Assembly: GCA_024679065.1 (NCBI GenBank)
Contig: JAGIQG010000004.1
Location: forward strand, 130,634,001 to 130,698,000
Source: Sphyrna mokarran
Taxonomy: Eukaryota
DNA: 64,000 nucleotides
Direction: 5' to 3'
The notes beneath the pieces are model-generated. The model was given only the letters and a program-made list of their open reading frames with translations, made no database searches and had not been told where the DNA came from. Position numbers and translations under genes: made by a program. The stretch's first letter is position 1. Each line of letters opens with the position of its first letter. Of the stretch, positions 38,295-51,329 are shown one piece after another.

Positions 38295-39555
38295 TGTCAG
38301 TCATCTGTTCGTCTATCATCATCGATGAGGACCTCAACACTATTAGTCATTGTAAGGCTGGTTGCGGTGTGCCCGAAGATGACTGATCTGGCCAATTCGG
38401 GCACGGAATGTCCTGGCCCACATTGGACAGACTTGTGTAGATACTATAGTTGTTGCGCTGGTAGCTCTGGACTTGCACAGCTCGCGCTTAAGTTGTGCTT
38501 CAGTAATACACCTTGCTTCGTGAGCTTGACAGCCCTTGTGAATGAGCAGTGGCAGGTAGGGCAGTTTTGTGCCAGTGTTTCCAACGTGGCCATGTCTATG
38601 TCAAGCAACTTCAGGGAGGCCTTGACTGTGTCTTTGAAACATTTCTTCTGCCCTCCATGCGAGAGTCTTCCAGCAGAAAATTCCCCAAAAAGGAGCTGCT
38701 TGTGCATGTGCCTGTCTGACATATGGATGCCATGATCTGTCCACCAAGTCTGCGCTCTCATCAGCAGTGCGTGGATTTATGGCAGACTTGCTCGAGAGAG
38801 ATTCAGCTCAAATGGTACTTTGTCTTGCCATCTGATACGTAATATTCTACAAAGACAAGTCATGTGGAAATGATCGTCTTGTATGCCTTCACATTTCACA
38901 GGCATACAGGAGGGTAGTGAGTACTGCAGCGCTGTAGATCTTCAGTTTTGTTGCTGGGCCGATTCCTCAACATTCCCATACAGTGGAGCGCACTCTACTG
39001 AAAGTAGAACTTGCTTCTGCTATTCTGCAGTTAACTTCTGTATCAATGCTCGCTGCTTGGGAGAGGGAGCAGTCTGTAGTTTCTGCCCTTTGATTCTGAT
39101 TATGGGTTCTATCTAAGGCGCATGAGCAGCAGACTGGTGCATAACTTCGGTCTTTTTAACATTGATAGTGAGTCCAAAGTTGTCACAAGCCGTGGAAAAT
39201 TTGTCCATACTGACTTGCATTTCTGGCTCCGAGCCAGTGTACACAGGGCACAGTCATTGGCTAGGGGAAGTCTCTCAGAACAGTCTCCTTCACTTTGGTA
39301 ATAGCTTGAAGTCTCCTCAGATTGAACAGCTTCCCATTCACTCTGTACTTGAGGCTAATTCCAGCAACACTGTCCTAGAAGGCATCATTCAGCATGGCAG
39401 TAAACATCATGTTGAACAGTGTAGATGCAAGCACACAGCCCTGTCTGATGTCATTGTTAACTGGGAATGACTCAGGTTTCTCCACCATGCAGTACTCTGG
39501 CCAACATGCCATCATGGAACTGGCATACCATCTGAATAAATTTAGGGGACAATTC
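38295..39555 (-). mobile_element. RTE-clade (BovB-like) LINE fragment
   Basis: ORF 38444..38761 KQLLFGEFSAGRLSHGGQKKCFKDTVKASLK; RT remnants include QFHDGML and FGLTINVKKTEVM. Confidence 0.85.
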
Positions 39556-39659
39556 TAAACAGTTTAGTGCAAAGATTATGTTCATAATGTTGTTGAAAAC
39601 AGTAATAAGTTTTCAGTTTTCCAAACAGCACTGAATCCATTAAATAAAAAAAATCTCAC

Positions 39660-39837
39660 CAGGGTCTACTAAAGTCTTGTGGAATATTTCTTTCAGCTTC
39701 CTGCTTTTCACATTCCTTCCTTGTGCAAGATTACGATACATTTCGTAACCAAGAATCATAACACCCCCATCTTCCATCCACCTTTCAAGCATGTAGGACC
39801 GCTCCTGAGGACGTTTAACTGTTGCTAATTCATTTAC
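39660..39837 (-). CDS. ATRX: ATRX exon (exon 19 equivalent): VNELATVKRPQERSYMLERWMEDGGVMILGYEMYRNLAQGRNVKSRKLKEIFHKTLVDP(G)
   Basis: ORF 39640..39858; ctaaag| and |gtgaga; 178 bp. Confidence 0.96.
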
Positions 39838-41096
39838 CTTTAGAACAGAGAATAACACTCACTATACTTCTGAATATCATTCACTATACAAATGATTCAA
39901 GAATGTAAAATAACAAGGGCTGTAAAACAAACATTCAAACAACATTTTTTAAACAGGGAAGTATGAATTGTTAAAGGACATCTTTCCAAATGTTCTACCA
40001 TGAATATAAACACATCTTTGATTGTTTATCATTATATAACACTGCAACAATCTGTTGAAAGTGAGCCTTGAACTGCCATTCCTAAAATTGCAGCACAACT
40101 ACTGTGTTGGTTTGTTCTGTATTGAGAGACTGCTCAGGAATTGATATACAATAACTGATCTTTACAAATGGTTCAGGTCTTTCTTATGCTCACAAAGCAA
40201 AACATTATGGCAATTTTGATTATTGCACACTTTCAGCCAGATCAGACAGAAATGCTCGTAGCAGGGGCTCTTATCCACAAATCTTTGTGAAGGTTATCCC
40301 ACAGCTAGAACATGGTGCTATCTTAACAAATACAGTAATAAACATTCAAAGCTCAGATATCAAACCTGATCAAAAATAGCAAAATATACAACTTTATGAA
40401 CAGAAACAAATACTACCATGACAACAAAGATAAAGTCTATTTGAAGTTTTACGTAAATATTACATAGCATTCTGTACAGAAAGGACTTGGACGTTGTGAA
40501 GAATTGTATAGGTAAGGGAATGGCACTATTAATAACTTCTCTCTTCATTTAAAGGAAATATATTAAACAAAGTCATCAAAGTGGTCAAAGGTAGCTCCTT
40601 GGTATCAGATCTTGCGTTAAATACTAATTCCTAATTAGCCAGTTATGAAATCTCCAGTGCATTTCAGTTCCCCGTATCTACAATTATGTACCTACAATAT
40701 TTAAATAGTGAACCTGCACTCTTGGTTAAGAATCTAACTCAGTCTTGAATATATTCAATGACACATCCACCATTGTTTTCTGGGGGAGAATTCCAAACAC
40801 TAATGGCCTGTGCCCTTCAACCCCTCCATGTTTGAGCAGGCATTTTGGACAGAGTGGTCTGAAGCTATATCCATGTTTGGGCGACAAATCAACAGGGGGG
40901 TAGCGGGGGGAGATTAGGCATATTTATTATGGCATGGCTACATAGATCACAGGAACCAAAAGAGAATAAAGTTAAATCAGATTCTAGCAGGACTCACTAT
41001 ACATTTTAATCCAACATATTGACATCCAGTCTACAAATAACATCACAAAAAACTCAAATCTTTAAAATAAAATAAGTGATTGCAAGTATACACTAC

Positions 41097-41243
41097 CTCT
41101 AAACATTCATCATCATCAAGTCCTTCCTGCCATTTGGCAAATTCATTGATCCAATTAAGAACTGTGTTCAGTGGACAAACAATCAAAGCAGTACTGAATT
41201 CAAGTTTTTCAGACAACAGCATGGTGTGCAAGAAGGTCACCAC
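41097..41243 (-). CDS. ATRX: ATRX exon (exon 18 equivalent): VVTFLHTMLLSEKLEFSTALIVCPLNTVLNWINEFAKWQEGLDDDECLE
   Basis: ORF 41043..41243; motif Ia VCPLNT; ttacag| and |gtagtg; 147 bp. Confidence 0.96.
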
Positions 41244-42857
41244 CTGTAATCAAAACATGAAAAATTGTACCTTAGAAGATATCGTTAACTGTTTTCCTTT
41301 CCCAGCACTTAATCTAAATACAAGTTAAAGTAAATCACAAACTCACATTCACTATGCAAACTGATAATGATTTTAAATTATTTTTACATTAGGTGAACAG
41401 AAGAGTTATTTTTGAAGTTGTTGCTATTAACTTCCAGGTAAAAGAAGATGGTAAAAGTTTATAAATGCAGCATAAAGAATGAGTTGAAAGACACCAGAAA
41501 GTAAAAATGTTGAGATAGCTATGGGCTTGGTCACATTAAATTTCTAGTGAAGCCCATTTAAAGAATACAAAGTAAATTGTATTATGAAATTGAGTGTTCA
41601 GGGGAATATATATTAAAGTACTAATCTGCACTTATTCTTAACTAAAGGTTGAAATGTTGGAATAAAACTCATTACTAAATACCTTAATCCGATGCCACAG
41701 GAGATTGAGGATTCACAAATGCCAAAATAAAATTAAAATTAAAAAATGGTAGCGTTTCTGAGAACTCACTTTAGTACAAATTAGTGTAGTGAACAATTCA
41801 ATTAAATGCATTTTTCTGCAGAATTCAAAATTGTTAGCCATTTGCTCAATACTATATTGTATACAAACATTTTGGTTGGAACAGAGATTTGTTCCTCACC
41901 AACTGATACATTTGTTTGAGAAATGGGTGCTAATATTGACATCTTAGTTTAAGCGTAGAGCAGGTTACATTTCAGATTGTAGAAAAATCAGGAAAAAAAT
42001 TTCTTGGAAACTGCAATTGATTGAACTGTTCAACTCTTAACTTTATTGCTCAAGTTATTTCTCTCATGTGCATTTTACATTTTCCTCCCCCCCCCACCCC
42101 CCCCAATCCATCTCCCACTTTCCACAGCAAAAAGCTAACCTTATTCACAACAGATGATCGGTTCCACATAACTAATGCTGTTCTCTCCCCCTTCATCTGT
42201 TACTTCAGTACAGCACTTCTGTCAGGAGGCAGAGAGAAAACCACCTTTTCAATAGAGAACTGAGGGTTGTTCCAAATTAACTTGCTGATTTGCCATAATT
42301 TCTTGCCTGTATTTTTTTTTTAGGAAGTGTTAATGTGTTTCAATCTGGTCTCTGCTGCTCTATTAAGGAATCTTTCTTTCTGCCCCATTACTGTTTCTCT
42401 TTAGCTGATAGTCTCCCTCATGTACATGAACAAAAAAAGATAGCTCTCTGATCTTGGCATAAGATAAGGAATTTTGACTTTTATCTGAAATATACATTCA
42501 CCATTTACACTCGATGCAAAATTCACTTGGTTTCATATCTATCCATTGATTGCAATGTCAATCTGGCTCGAAGGACAGCCTGGTTTAGTGCACATTTCCA
42601 ACATTTAAAGAATGCATTAAGTAGGCTTAACTTAAGCTACAATATAACATTCATTTCTAGAAATGCTATAATAGAAAAGCTTCATGTAAAAGTCAAATTG
42701 AAAAATCTTTACTATAGTCTTGGATTCATCTAATTAGAAATACAAATTACATTACTATGTCATTCTTATGAATTTTCTACTTCCTGTAGAATTTGAAAGA
42801 AGTACTTTTGAAAAGTTGTAAGCTAATGTAATTGCTTTTTGCAGGCCAGATGCTCAC

Positions 42858-42967
42858 CTGTAATGTTTTTCCAAGTCCCATACAATGTGCCAAGATGCAT
42901 CCAGAACCATGCTCCTTTAAGGCTTTGCTCACTGACTCGCAACAGCAATCCCACATGAATTGCACAC
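42858..42967 (-). CDS. ATRX: ATRX exon (exon 17 equivalent): GVQFMWDCCCESVSKALKEHGSGCILAHCMGLGKTLQ; Walker A
   Basis: ORF 42777..42965; gtgcag| and |gtgagc; 110 bp. Confidence 0.97.
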
Positions 42968-43184
42968 CTGCACAAGTAAACAGTTATTTTTAATTCTGGA
43001 AAATCTATATAACCTAAAATGAAGGAGATATAGAGATATATTTTTATTTTGGAAAAAGTACACTAAGATCACTAAAGCAATTAGATCTGCAATTCTTATT
43101 TTTGATAGATCAAACATGAGCTCCTACATTACATAGCAGAAGACAGTGTTTCACTGGACTAGTAATCCAAAGGCCCAGGCTATT

Positions 43185-43878
43185 TTGGATAGGAATATAA
43201 AAGTAAAGAAGCCTTAGTACAATTGTCTAGAGCCTTAGCAAGACCACGTTTGGATGATGAAAAGTAAGCGAACATTTATCATTCTTGAACGCAGGAGTTG
43301 GAATGTCTTGAAGTTGTACAAGACACTGGTACGGCCACACTTGGAATACTATGTGCAATTCTAGTCACCCTGCTATAGAAAGGATATCATTAAACTAGAA
43401 AGAGTGCAGAAAAGATTTATTAGGATGCTATCAGGACTTGATGGATTGAGTTATAAGGAAAGGCTGAATAGACTGGGACTTTCTTCTCTGAAGCGTAAGA
43501 GACTGAAGGGTGACCTTGTAGAGATCTATAAAATAATAAAGGGCATAGACAAGATAATTAGTCAATATCTTTTCCCAAAGTTAGGAAAATCTACAACTAG
43601 AGTGCACAGGCTCAGGGTGAGAGGGAACAGATACAAAAGTGTCCAGAGCGGCATTTTTTCTCAAAGGGTGGTGAGTATCTGGAACAAGTTGCCAGAGATA
43701 ACAGTAGAAGCAGGTACAATTTTATCTTTTAAAAAGTATTTAGATAGATATATGGATACGATGGGTATAAAGGGATATGGGCCAAATGCAGGCAATTGGA
43801 ATTTGTTTAGGAGTTTTAAAAAAAGGGCGTGTGGACACATTGGGCTGAAGGGTCTGTTTCCCTGCTGTAAGCCACTGA
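43185..43878 (+). mobile_element. CR1 3' fragment
   Basis: ORF 43404..43958 (LSYKERLNRLGL...FSQRVVSIWNKLP). Confidence 0.9.
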
Positions 43879-45847
43879 CTCAAAGTAAAAAAACTGCAGA
43901 AAGATGGCTCTCACTTGAGTCCAAATTTATTTTTATAAATTTAAAAAGAGGTGGATAACCATGGCAAAATTGAAAAGTGTGCCTCAAGCGAAGCTCTTGG
44001 AATTGGCAGTTAAATGGAAGCTTGGTACACATGTGGGGTTAAAGAAATCCAAGATTGTGGGAAGACTAGTGCAGCACAAACCTGTCAAGACAGTTTTGCG
44101 CTGCGCTAGTCTTGTTTTAGAAAAACATCCACTTTTCTAAACAAAAAGAGGCAATGGGAATTGCATGCATAAACTGAAAGGGAAAGGGAATTGAAAATGG
44201 AAACACTGGAACAGAAAGAGAAAGAAGTTTTCCCCAATGGGAATTTGAAATGCAAAAGTCAGCAATAGCAGACACAGAAAAGGAGAAAGTTTAATTTTGG
44301 AATGCAGCAAATTAAAGACACTAGGGTAGGGTGATGGAGAAAGCAACTTTAGATACCAGGTAAGATGCTTAAATTTGTACAGGTACTTCCAAAATTCAGA
44401 AGGAATATAAAAGTATTTTTTTTTTTTAAATATTTCTGAAAAGGCAGGTAAACAATTAAAATGGCCACAAGAGAATTAGGCAATATTCTTGTAGTTAAAT
44501 TTGTGGGTAAGACTACTGATGTACATGCATCGTTGGATGAGGGTTGGATGCAGGAGACTGAGGGGCATAGACAGAGTGGAGAGTCAAAAGCATTTTTTCC
44601 CAGGATGGAAGAATCAATTATTAGGGTCATAGGTTTAAGGTGCAAGGAGCATAGAAAGATGATCAAGAGCTATTCTTACTACATACAAGTTAGTTCTTGA
44701 GGCACAGGCAGAAGTTATAAAATACAAGTAAACAGCCTGGGTAAACTCTTCACAAATTAAAAAAAAGTAAAAGAAATCTACTTTGATTGCTGGATGCGGC
44801 TTTTAAGAATCCCGAAAATCTTTGAAGCCCTTGGAAAGGTGATGGTTTTAGAAGAATTTAAAAATTCAAAAGGCTCAACCTCTTAGGTAGCAAAGCTGAT
44901 TAATGAATACAAATTGTCCACAGAATCAAGCCATTTAAGAATTATGGAATTCTTAATTCAGAAAAAGAAAAAAAAAGGGAACATGAAAGAAAAGACAGTC
45001 AAGGAAAAAACAGCAAGGTTGAAACTCAGTTTTCACCACCACAGAGAAAGAACAATGTTTCACCTCAAAAAAAAAGTCAAGAGGATTAGATGTTATTACA
45101 ATAAACTGGACCATATAAAATCAGAATGCTGGTTATTAAAGGAAAAGCTGGTTGGATTATCAATCTCGAAAAGGGAAAAATGAAATTGGAGAATGGATAA
45201 AAAGAAAAGTAGGATTTATGCAGCGAGTGACCAAGCATCTAGTGAAGAAAAATGTGTGCACAAATTGTACAGGAGCAAAGTGACCAGCAGGTGGCAGATT
45301 TGTACACAAAAGAAGTTTTCCATATGGACAGCTCAGAATGATAAAATCCTGAGAGATACAGGTGCAAGTTATCCCTAATGTTGAGGGATAAAGACATTTG
45401 TTATCCTGAAGGGATGCTAAAAGTAGTTGTTCTGATCACAAGCATTCATGGAGAAAACAAGAATATTCCCCCAATGAAGATCAACTTAAAAGGGCAGTTT
45501 TAAGATGGAAAAGTATCCATAGAATTGGTGGAGAAATTACCCATTGCAGGGTTCAATTTACATTTGGGAATGATTTGGCAGGATCACAGCTTGTGGTGAT
45601 ATCCATAGTAGTTGAAAAACGTATGCAATCTAATTACTGAGTCCTGACAAATAGCATTTGCTCCCAGATTGTGTTGTGACAAGATCATAGCCACACAAAT
45701 GTAAAGAACAATCAGAATTGAAGGAGCAGGATGAAGCAACTGAGATTAGCTTATCAGATGCACCTTTTCACAAACTGACAGCAGAGGAAGTCAGTCAAGA
45801 TAAAGAGACAGATGTCTTTACTTCAAACAGACTGATCGAACTGTTTG

Positions 45848-47771
45848 ATCCCCCATGCAAGGCTTCTGGAGAACGCGAGAGGGCATGGGATCCAAGGGGC
45901 TTTGGCCTCATGGATCCAGAACTGGCTTGCCGGCAGAAGGCAGAGAGTGGTTGTGGATGGGTCTTGTTCTGCACGGAGGTCGGTAACCAGTGGAGTGCCC
46001 CAGGGATCTGTTCTGGGACCCCTGCTGTTTGTCATTTTCATAAATGACCTGGATGAGGAAGTGAAGGGATGGGTTAGTAAGTTCGCCGATGATACAAAGG
46101 TCGCTGGTGTTGTGGATGGTCTGGAGGGATGCCAAAAGTTGCAGCGGGACATAGACAGGATGCAAGACTGGGTGAGAAGTGGGAGATGGACTTCAACGCA
46201 GATAAATGTGTAGTGGTTCATTTTGGCAGGATCAATGGGATGAAGGAGTACAATATAAGGGGTATAGTATGTGGGAGGTGAGGGAAGTGTTTGCAGAGCC
46301 CCTGGCGATGATCTTTGCAAGTCCATGGAAACGGGAGAGGTTCTGGAGGATTGCGGATGTGGTTCCTATCTTTAAGAAAGGGAACAGGGATAGTCCAGGA
46401 AATTACCGACCGGTGAGTTTGACTTCAGTGGTTGGTAAGCTGATGGAGAGGCTACTGAGGGATAAGATATATGAACATTTGGAGAGGTTTGGACTGATTA
46501 GAAATAGTCAGCATGGTTTTGTCAAGGACAGGTCATGCCTTACGAGCCTAGTTGAGTTCTTCAAAAATGTGACTGAACACATTGACGAAGGAAGGGCGGT
46601 GGACGTAGTGTACGTGGACTTTAGTAAGGCGTTTGATAAGGTCCCCCATGCAAGGCTTCTGGAGAAGGTGAGAGGGCATAGGATCCAAGGGGCTTTGGCC
46701 TCGTGGATCCAGAACTGACTTGCCGGCAGAAGGCAGAGAGTGGTTGTGGATGGGTCTTGATCTGCATGGAGGTCGGTAACCAGTGGAGTGCCCCAGGGAT
46801 CTGTTCTGGGACCCCTGCTATTTGTCATTTCCATAAATGACCTGGATGAGGAAGTGGAGGGATGGGTTAGCAAGTTCACTGATGATACAAAGATCGGTGG
46901 TATTGTGGATGGTCTGGAGGGATGCCAAAAGTTGCAGCAGGACATAGACAGGATGCAAGACTGGACGGAGAAGTGACAGATGGACTTCGACGCAGATAAA
47001 TGTGTAGTGGTCCATTTTGGCAGGAATAATGGGATGAAGGAGTACAATATAAGGGGTAGGAGTCTTAGCTGTGTTGTAGAGCAGAAGGATCTCGGGGTCC
47101 GGGTCCATAGGACTCTTAAATCGGCCTCACAGGTGGAGGAAGTGGTCAAGAAGGCGTACAGTGTACTGGCGTTCATTAATGGAGGAATAGAGTTTTAGGA
47201 GTCAGGAGGTAATGATGCAGCTCTATAAAACTCTTGTCAGGCCCCAGTTGGAGTATTGTGCGCAGTTCTGGTTGCCTCACTATAGGAAGGATGTGGAGGC
47301 TATCGAGAGAGTGCAGAGGAGATTTACAAGGATGCTGCCTGGATTGGGAGGCAGGCCTTATGAAGACAGGTTGAGGGAGCTGGGACTCTTCTCACTGGAG
47401 AGATGTAGGTTGAAAGGCAACCTGATAGAGGTTTATAAAAATGTTGAGAGGAATAGATAGGGTGGACTCTCGGAGACTATTTCCCTGAGTTGAAATGGTC
47501 ACTACAAGAGGACACAGATTTAAGGTGCAGGGAAGCAAATACAAAGGAGATGTCGGGGTAGATTTTTCAGTCAGAGGGTGGTGAGTGAATGGAACCGACT
47601 GCCATCAGAGGTTGTTGAGGCAAACTCACTGGGGTCTTTTAAGAGACTTCTGGATAGTATATGGAAAAGAATAGGATAGGGGGTTATAGATAGGTCTGTG
47701 GATTGGTAGATGTGATCAGCGCAACTCGTGGGCCGAAGGGCCTGTTTGTGCTGTATTGTTCTATGTTCTAT
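45848..47771 (+). mobile_element. CR1 LINE with a duplicated ~415-bp RT segment at its 5' end
   Basis: ORFs 45845..46213 and 46788..46976 both carry [12 protein letters not shown](A/T)DDTK; tail ttctatgttctatg; gaact on both sides is a candidate TSD. Confidence 0.92.
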
Positions 47772-48010
47772 GAACTAAAGCAAAAAGATTCCAAATTCCA
47801 TTTCTGAATGGAGGGCTGTGACAAGTGGTGTCCCTCAGGGGATCAGTGCTGGGACCTTTGCTGTTGTAATGTATATGATTGAGGAAAATATAATTGGTTT
47901 TGATTAGTCAATTTGCAGAACACACAAAGGCTGCTGGATTCGCAGATAGCAATGAGGACCATCAGAAGATACAGCAGGATATAGATCGGTTGGAGGTTTG
48001 GGCAGAGAGA

Positions 48011-48477
48011 ACAAAGAAAACAGCATGGGAAACAGGCCCTTCGGCCCAACGAGCCCACGCCGCCACCCCGATGTTCCCACCTCTACCCATGATCCCTGTC
48101 TATGTTTATAGATCTGTGGATTGAAAACCAAATGAGACAATTTAGGGAGAATTTGTTTTGCCAATTAGCCTAAAAGCACATCTTTGGGATGTGGGAGGAA
48201 ACCGGAGCACCTGGAGAAAACCCACGCAAACACGGGGAGAATGCGCAAACTCCCACAGACACAGGCCCAAATCCATGTATCTGCACAGCACAGCGATAGT
48301 CACTGAGCTGTCGTGTTGCTCATCAAATGGTCCAGATCAAGTGAACACTAACAACGTGAAGCACTAGGATACTCTCGAAAAAAAATCCAAGAGCAGCCCC
48401 CTCACGACCCATTGCGTGTATGCCCCTCGTTAGACAAGGTGGACCAAAGCACCTGTAGGATAAAAACAAGTACATCA
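48011..48477 (-). mobile_element. Composite SINE-like retroposon, copy 2, with AGAGAGA target-site duplication
   Basis: agagaga at 48004-48010 and 48478-48484; the host CR1 sequence ..gggcagagagatggc.. is interrupted; matches copy 1 over its full length. Confidence 0.92.
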
Positions 48478-49045
48478 AGAGAGATGGCGTTTAAGCCAGA
48501 GAAATGTATCTAGAAAGGTCTGTCACAGATAAGAAATAAATACAAGTGGCAGAACCTTTTAGATAGGCAGAGGAATCTGGGAGTATAAGTACACAGGTCA
48601 CTGAAAGTGGCAATGTAGATGGAAAAGTAGTCAAGAAGGCATGCTACATGCTTATCTTCATTGGCCAGAATATTGAATTTAAAAATTGGCAAGTCATACT
48701 GTAGCTTTATAGAACATTAGTTAGGCTGCATTTGGAATACTGTTCAATTCTGGTTGCCTCACTACCAGAAGGATGAGGGACTTTGGAGAGGGTATAGAAA
48801 AGATTTATCAGGATGTTGCTTGGTACGGAGGGCATTAGCTATGATGAGAGATTGGAGAAATTTGGTTTGTTTCACTGGAATGACAAAGACTGAGGGGCAA
48901 CCTGATAGAAATCTACAAGATTATAAGCAACATGGACTATCAAAAGCTTTTCCCCCAGGATGCTAGGGGGCATAGATTTCAGGTGCAGGCAGTTTTTTTT
49001 TTAAAACACAGTTGGTGGCGGAAGCAGATATGATACAAGTTTTAA

Positions 49046-51130
49046 GGGGTGTCTGGACACATCTGAAATGTGGAGCATATTTAAGGAACAGCTTCTGCAT
49101 GTCCTTAATGAATATGTACCTGCCAGGCAGGGAGAAAATGGTCGAGTGAGGGAACCATGGTGTACTAGAGAAGTTGAATCTCTGGTGAAGAGGAAGGAGG
49201 CGGCTTATATAATGATGAGATGTGAAGGCTCAGTTAGGGCAATAGAGAGATATAAATCAGCTAGGAAGGAGCTAAAGAGGGAGTTGAGAAGAGCTAGAAG
49301 AGGACACGAGAAGACTTTGGCGGATAGAATTAAGGAGAATCCTAAAGCTTTTTACAGGTATATAAATAATAAAAGATTGGTTAGGGCAAGATTAGGGCCA
49401 GTCAGAGATAGCACTGGGAAGTTGTGCGTGGAGCCCGAGGAGATAGGAGAGACACTGAATGAATATTTTTCGTCAGTATTCACGCAGGAGAAAGACAGTG
49501 TTGTCGGGGAGAATACTGCGATACCAGGTTGTAGACTGGGTAGGATTGGGGTTCATAAGGAGGAGGTGTTAGCAAATCTTGAGGGTATGAAAATTGATAA
49601 GTCCCCTGGGCCAGATGGGATTTACCCTAGGATTCTCTGGGAGGCTAGAGAGGAGATTGCAGAGCCTTTGGCTTTGATCTTCATGTCGTCGTTAGCTACA
49701 GGTATAGTGCCGGAAGACTGGAGGATGGCAAATGTTGTCCCTTTGTTCAAAAAGGGGAGTAGGGACCATCCTGGAAATTATAGACCGGTGACCCTGACTT
49801 CTGTTGTGGGCAAGGTCTTGGAAAGAATTATAAGGGATAGGATTTAAGCATTTAGAGAGGAATAAATTGATTAGGGATAGTCAGCACGGTTTTGTGAAGG
49901 GTAGGTCATGCCTCACAAACCTTACTGAGTTTTTTGAGGAGGTGACCAAAGAGGTAGATAAGGGTAAGGCAGTTGATGTATTGTATATGGATTTTAGCAA
50001 AGCGTTTGATAAGGTTCCCCACGGTAGGCTACTGCAGAAAGTGCAGATGCATGGGATTGAAGGTGATTTAGCAGTTTGGATTAGGAATTGGCTAACTGAT
50101 AGAAGACAGGGGGTGGTGGTTGATGGGAAATATTCAACCTGGAGTGCAGTTACAAGTGGTGTACCTCAAGGATCTGTTTTAGGGCCACTGCTGTTTGTCA
50201 TTTTTATAAATTACCTAGATGAGGGTGTAGAGGGTTGGATTAGTAAATTTGCTGACGATACCAAAGTGGGGGGAGTTGTAGACAGCGAGGATGGATGTTA
50301 CAGTTTGCAGAGGGACATAGATAGGTTGCAGAGCTGGCCGTGAGGTGGCAAATGGAATTCAATACGGATAAGTGTGAGGTGATTCACTTTGGTAGGAATA
50401 ACAGGCATATGAAATATAGGGCTAATGGAAGGACACTTAATAGTGTTGTTGAGCAGAGGGATCTTGGGGTACAAGTACATAGCTCTTTGAAAGTTGGCAC
50501 CCAGGTTGATAAAGTTGTTAAGAAGGTGTACGGTGTGTTAGCTTTTATTGTTAGAGGGATTGAATTTAGGAGCCGTGAGGTTATGTTACAACTGTACAAA
50601 ACTCTGGTGCTGCCGCACTTGGAGTATTGCGTACAGTTCTGGTCGCCGCATTATAAGAAAGATGTGGAAGCATTGGAAAGGGTGCAGAGGAGGTTTACCA
50701 TGATGTTGCCTGGTATGGTGGGAAGGCCTTATGAGGAAAGGCTGAGGGACCTGAGGTTATTTTCATTAGAGAGAAGAAGGTTATGCGGTGACCTAATTGA
50801 GGCGTATAAGATGATCAAGGGATTGGATAAGGTGGATAGTGAGAGCCTTTTTCCTCGGATGGTGATGACCAACACGAGGGGACATAACTTTAAATTTAGA
50901 GGTGGTAGTTATAGGACGGATGTCAGAGGCAGGTTCTTTACACAGAGGGTGGCGAGAGCGTGGAATGCTCTGCCTGCAGCAGCTGTGGACTCGCCTACTT
51001 TGGGGGCATTCAAATGTTCAGTGGATAGGCACATGGATGATATTGGAATAGTTTAGGTTAGAGGGTCCACTGGCCGGCGCAACATCGAGGGCCGAAGGGC
51101 CTGTACTTCGCTGTAATGTTCTATGTTCTA
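49046..51130 (+). mobile_element. Young CR1 LINE, 5'-truncated, ORF2 broken by only about two lesions
   Basis: ORFs 49068..49847, 49867..50343 (QGSVLGP, FADD), 50340..51056; tail aatgttctatgttcta. Confidence 0.96.
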
Positions 51131-51329
51131 AATACATGAATACAATGGAAATGGAGGGATACGGTCCCTGGAAGGAGTTTGAATTCAGTTGGGTACAGGC
51201 TTGGAGGCTAAAGGCCTGTTCGCATGCTGTAATTTTCTTTGTTCTACACCAAATTTATCAAACAGCTTATTCAACACCAGAAGCACAGTGCTTTCCTGAA
51301 TGTTGTGTCACAGTAAGGTCCTTGTGATA

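Larger units (their letters stand above)
47800..51245 (+). mobile_element. Older CR1 3' half hosting composite SINE copy 2 and the young CR1
   Basis: RT remnant at 47800-48004 resumes at 48478-49045; tail at 51130-51245. Confidence 0.8.

Noticed and set aside
46508-47176. 222-aa minus-strand ORF and similar antisense ORFs as genes
   Set aside because: They are shadow frames antisense to CR1 RT sequence.
49068-51056. Retron, DGR or other novel reverse-transcriptase system
   Set aside because: The motifs ([33 protein letters not shown]) and 3' tail are standard CR1 ORF2 in a vertebrate intron.
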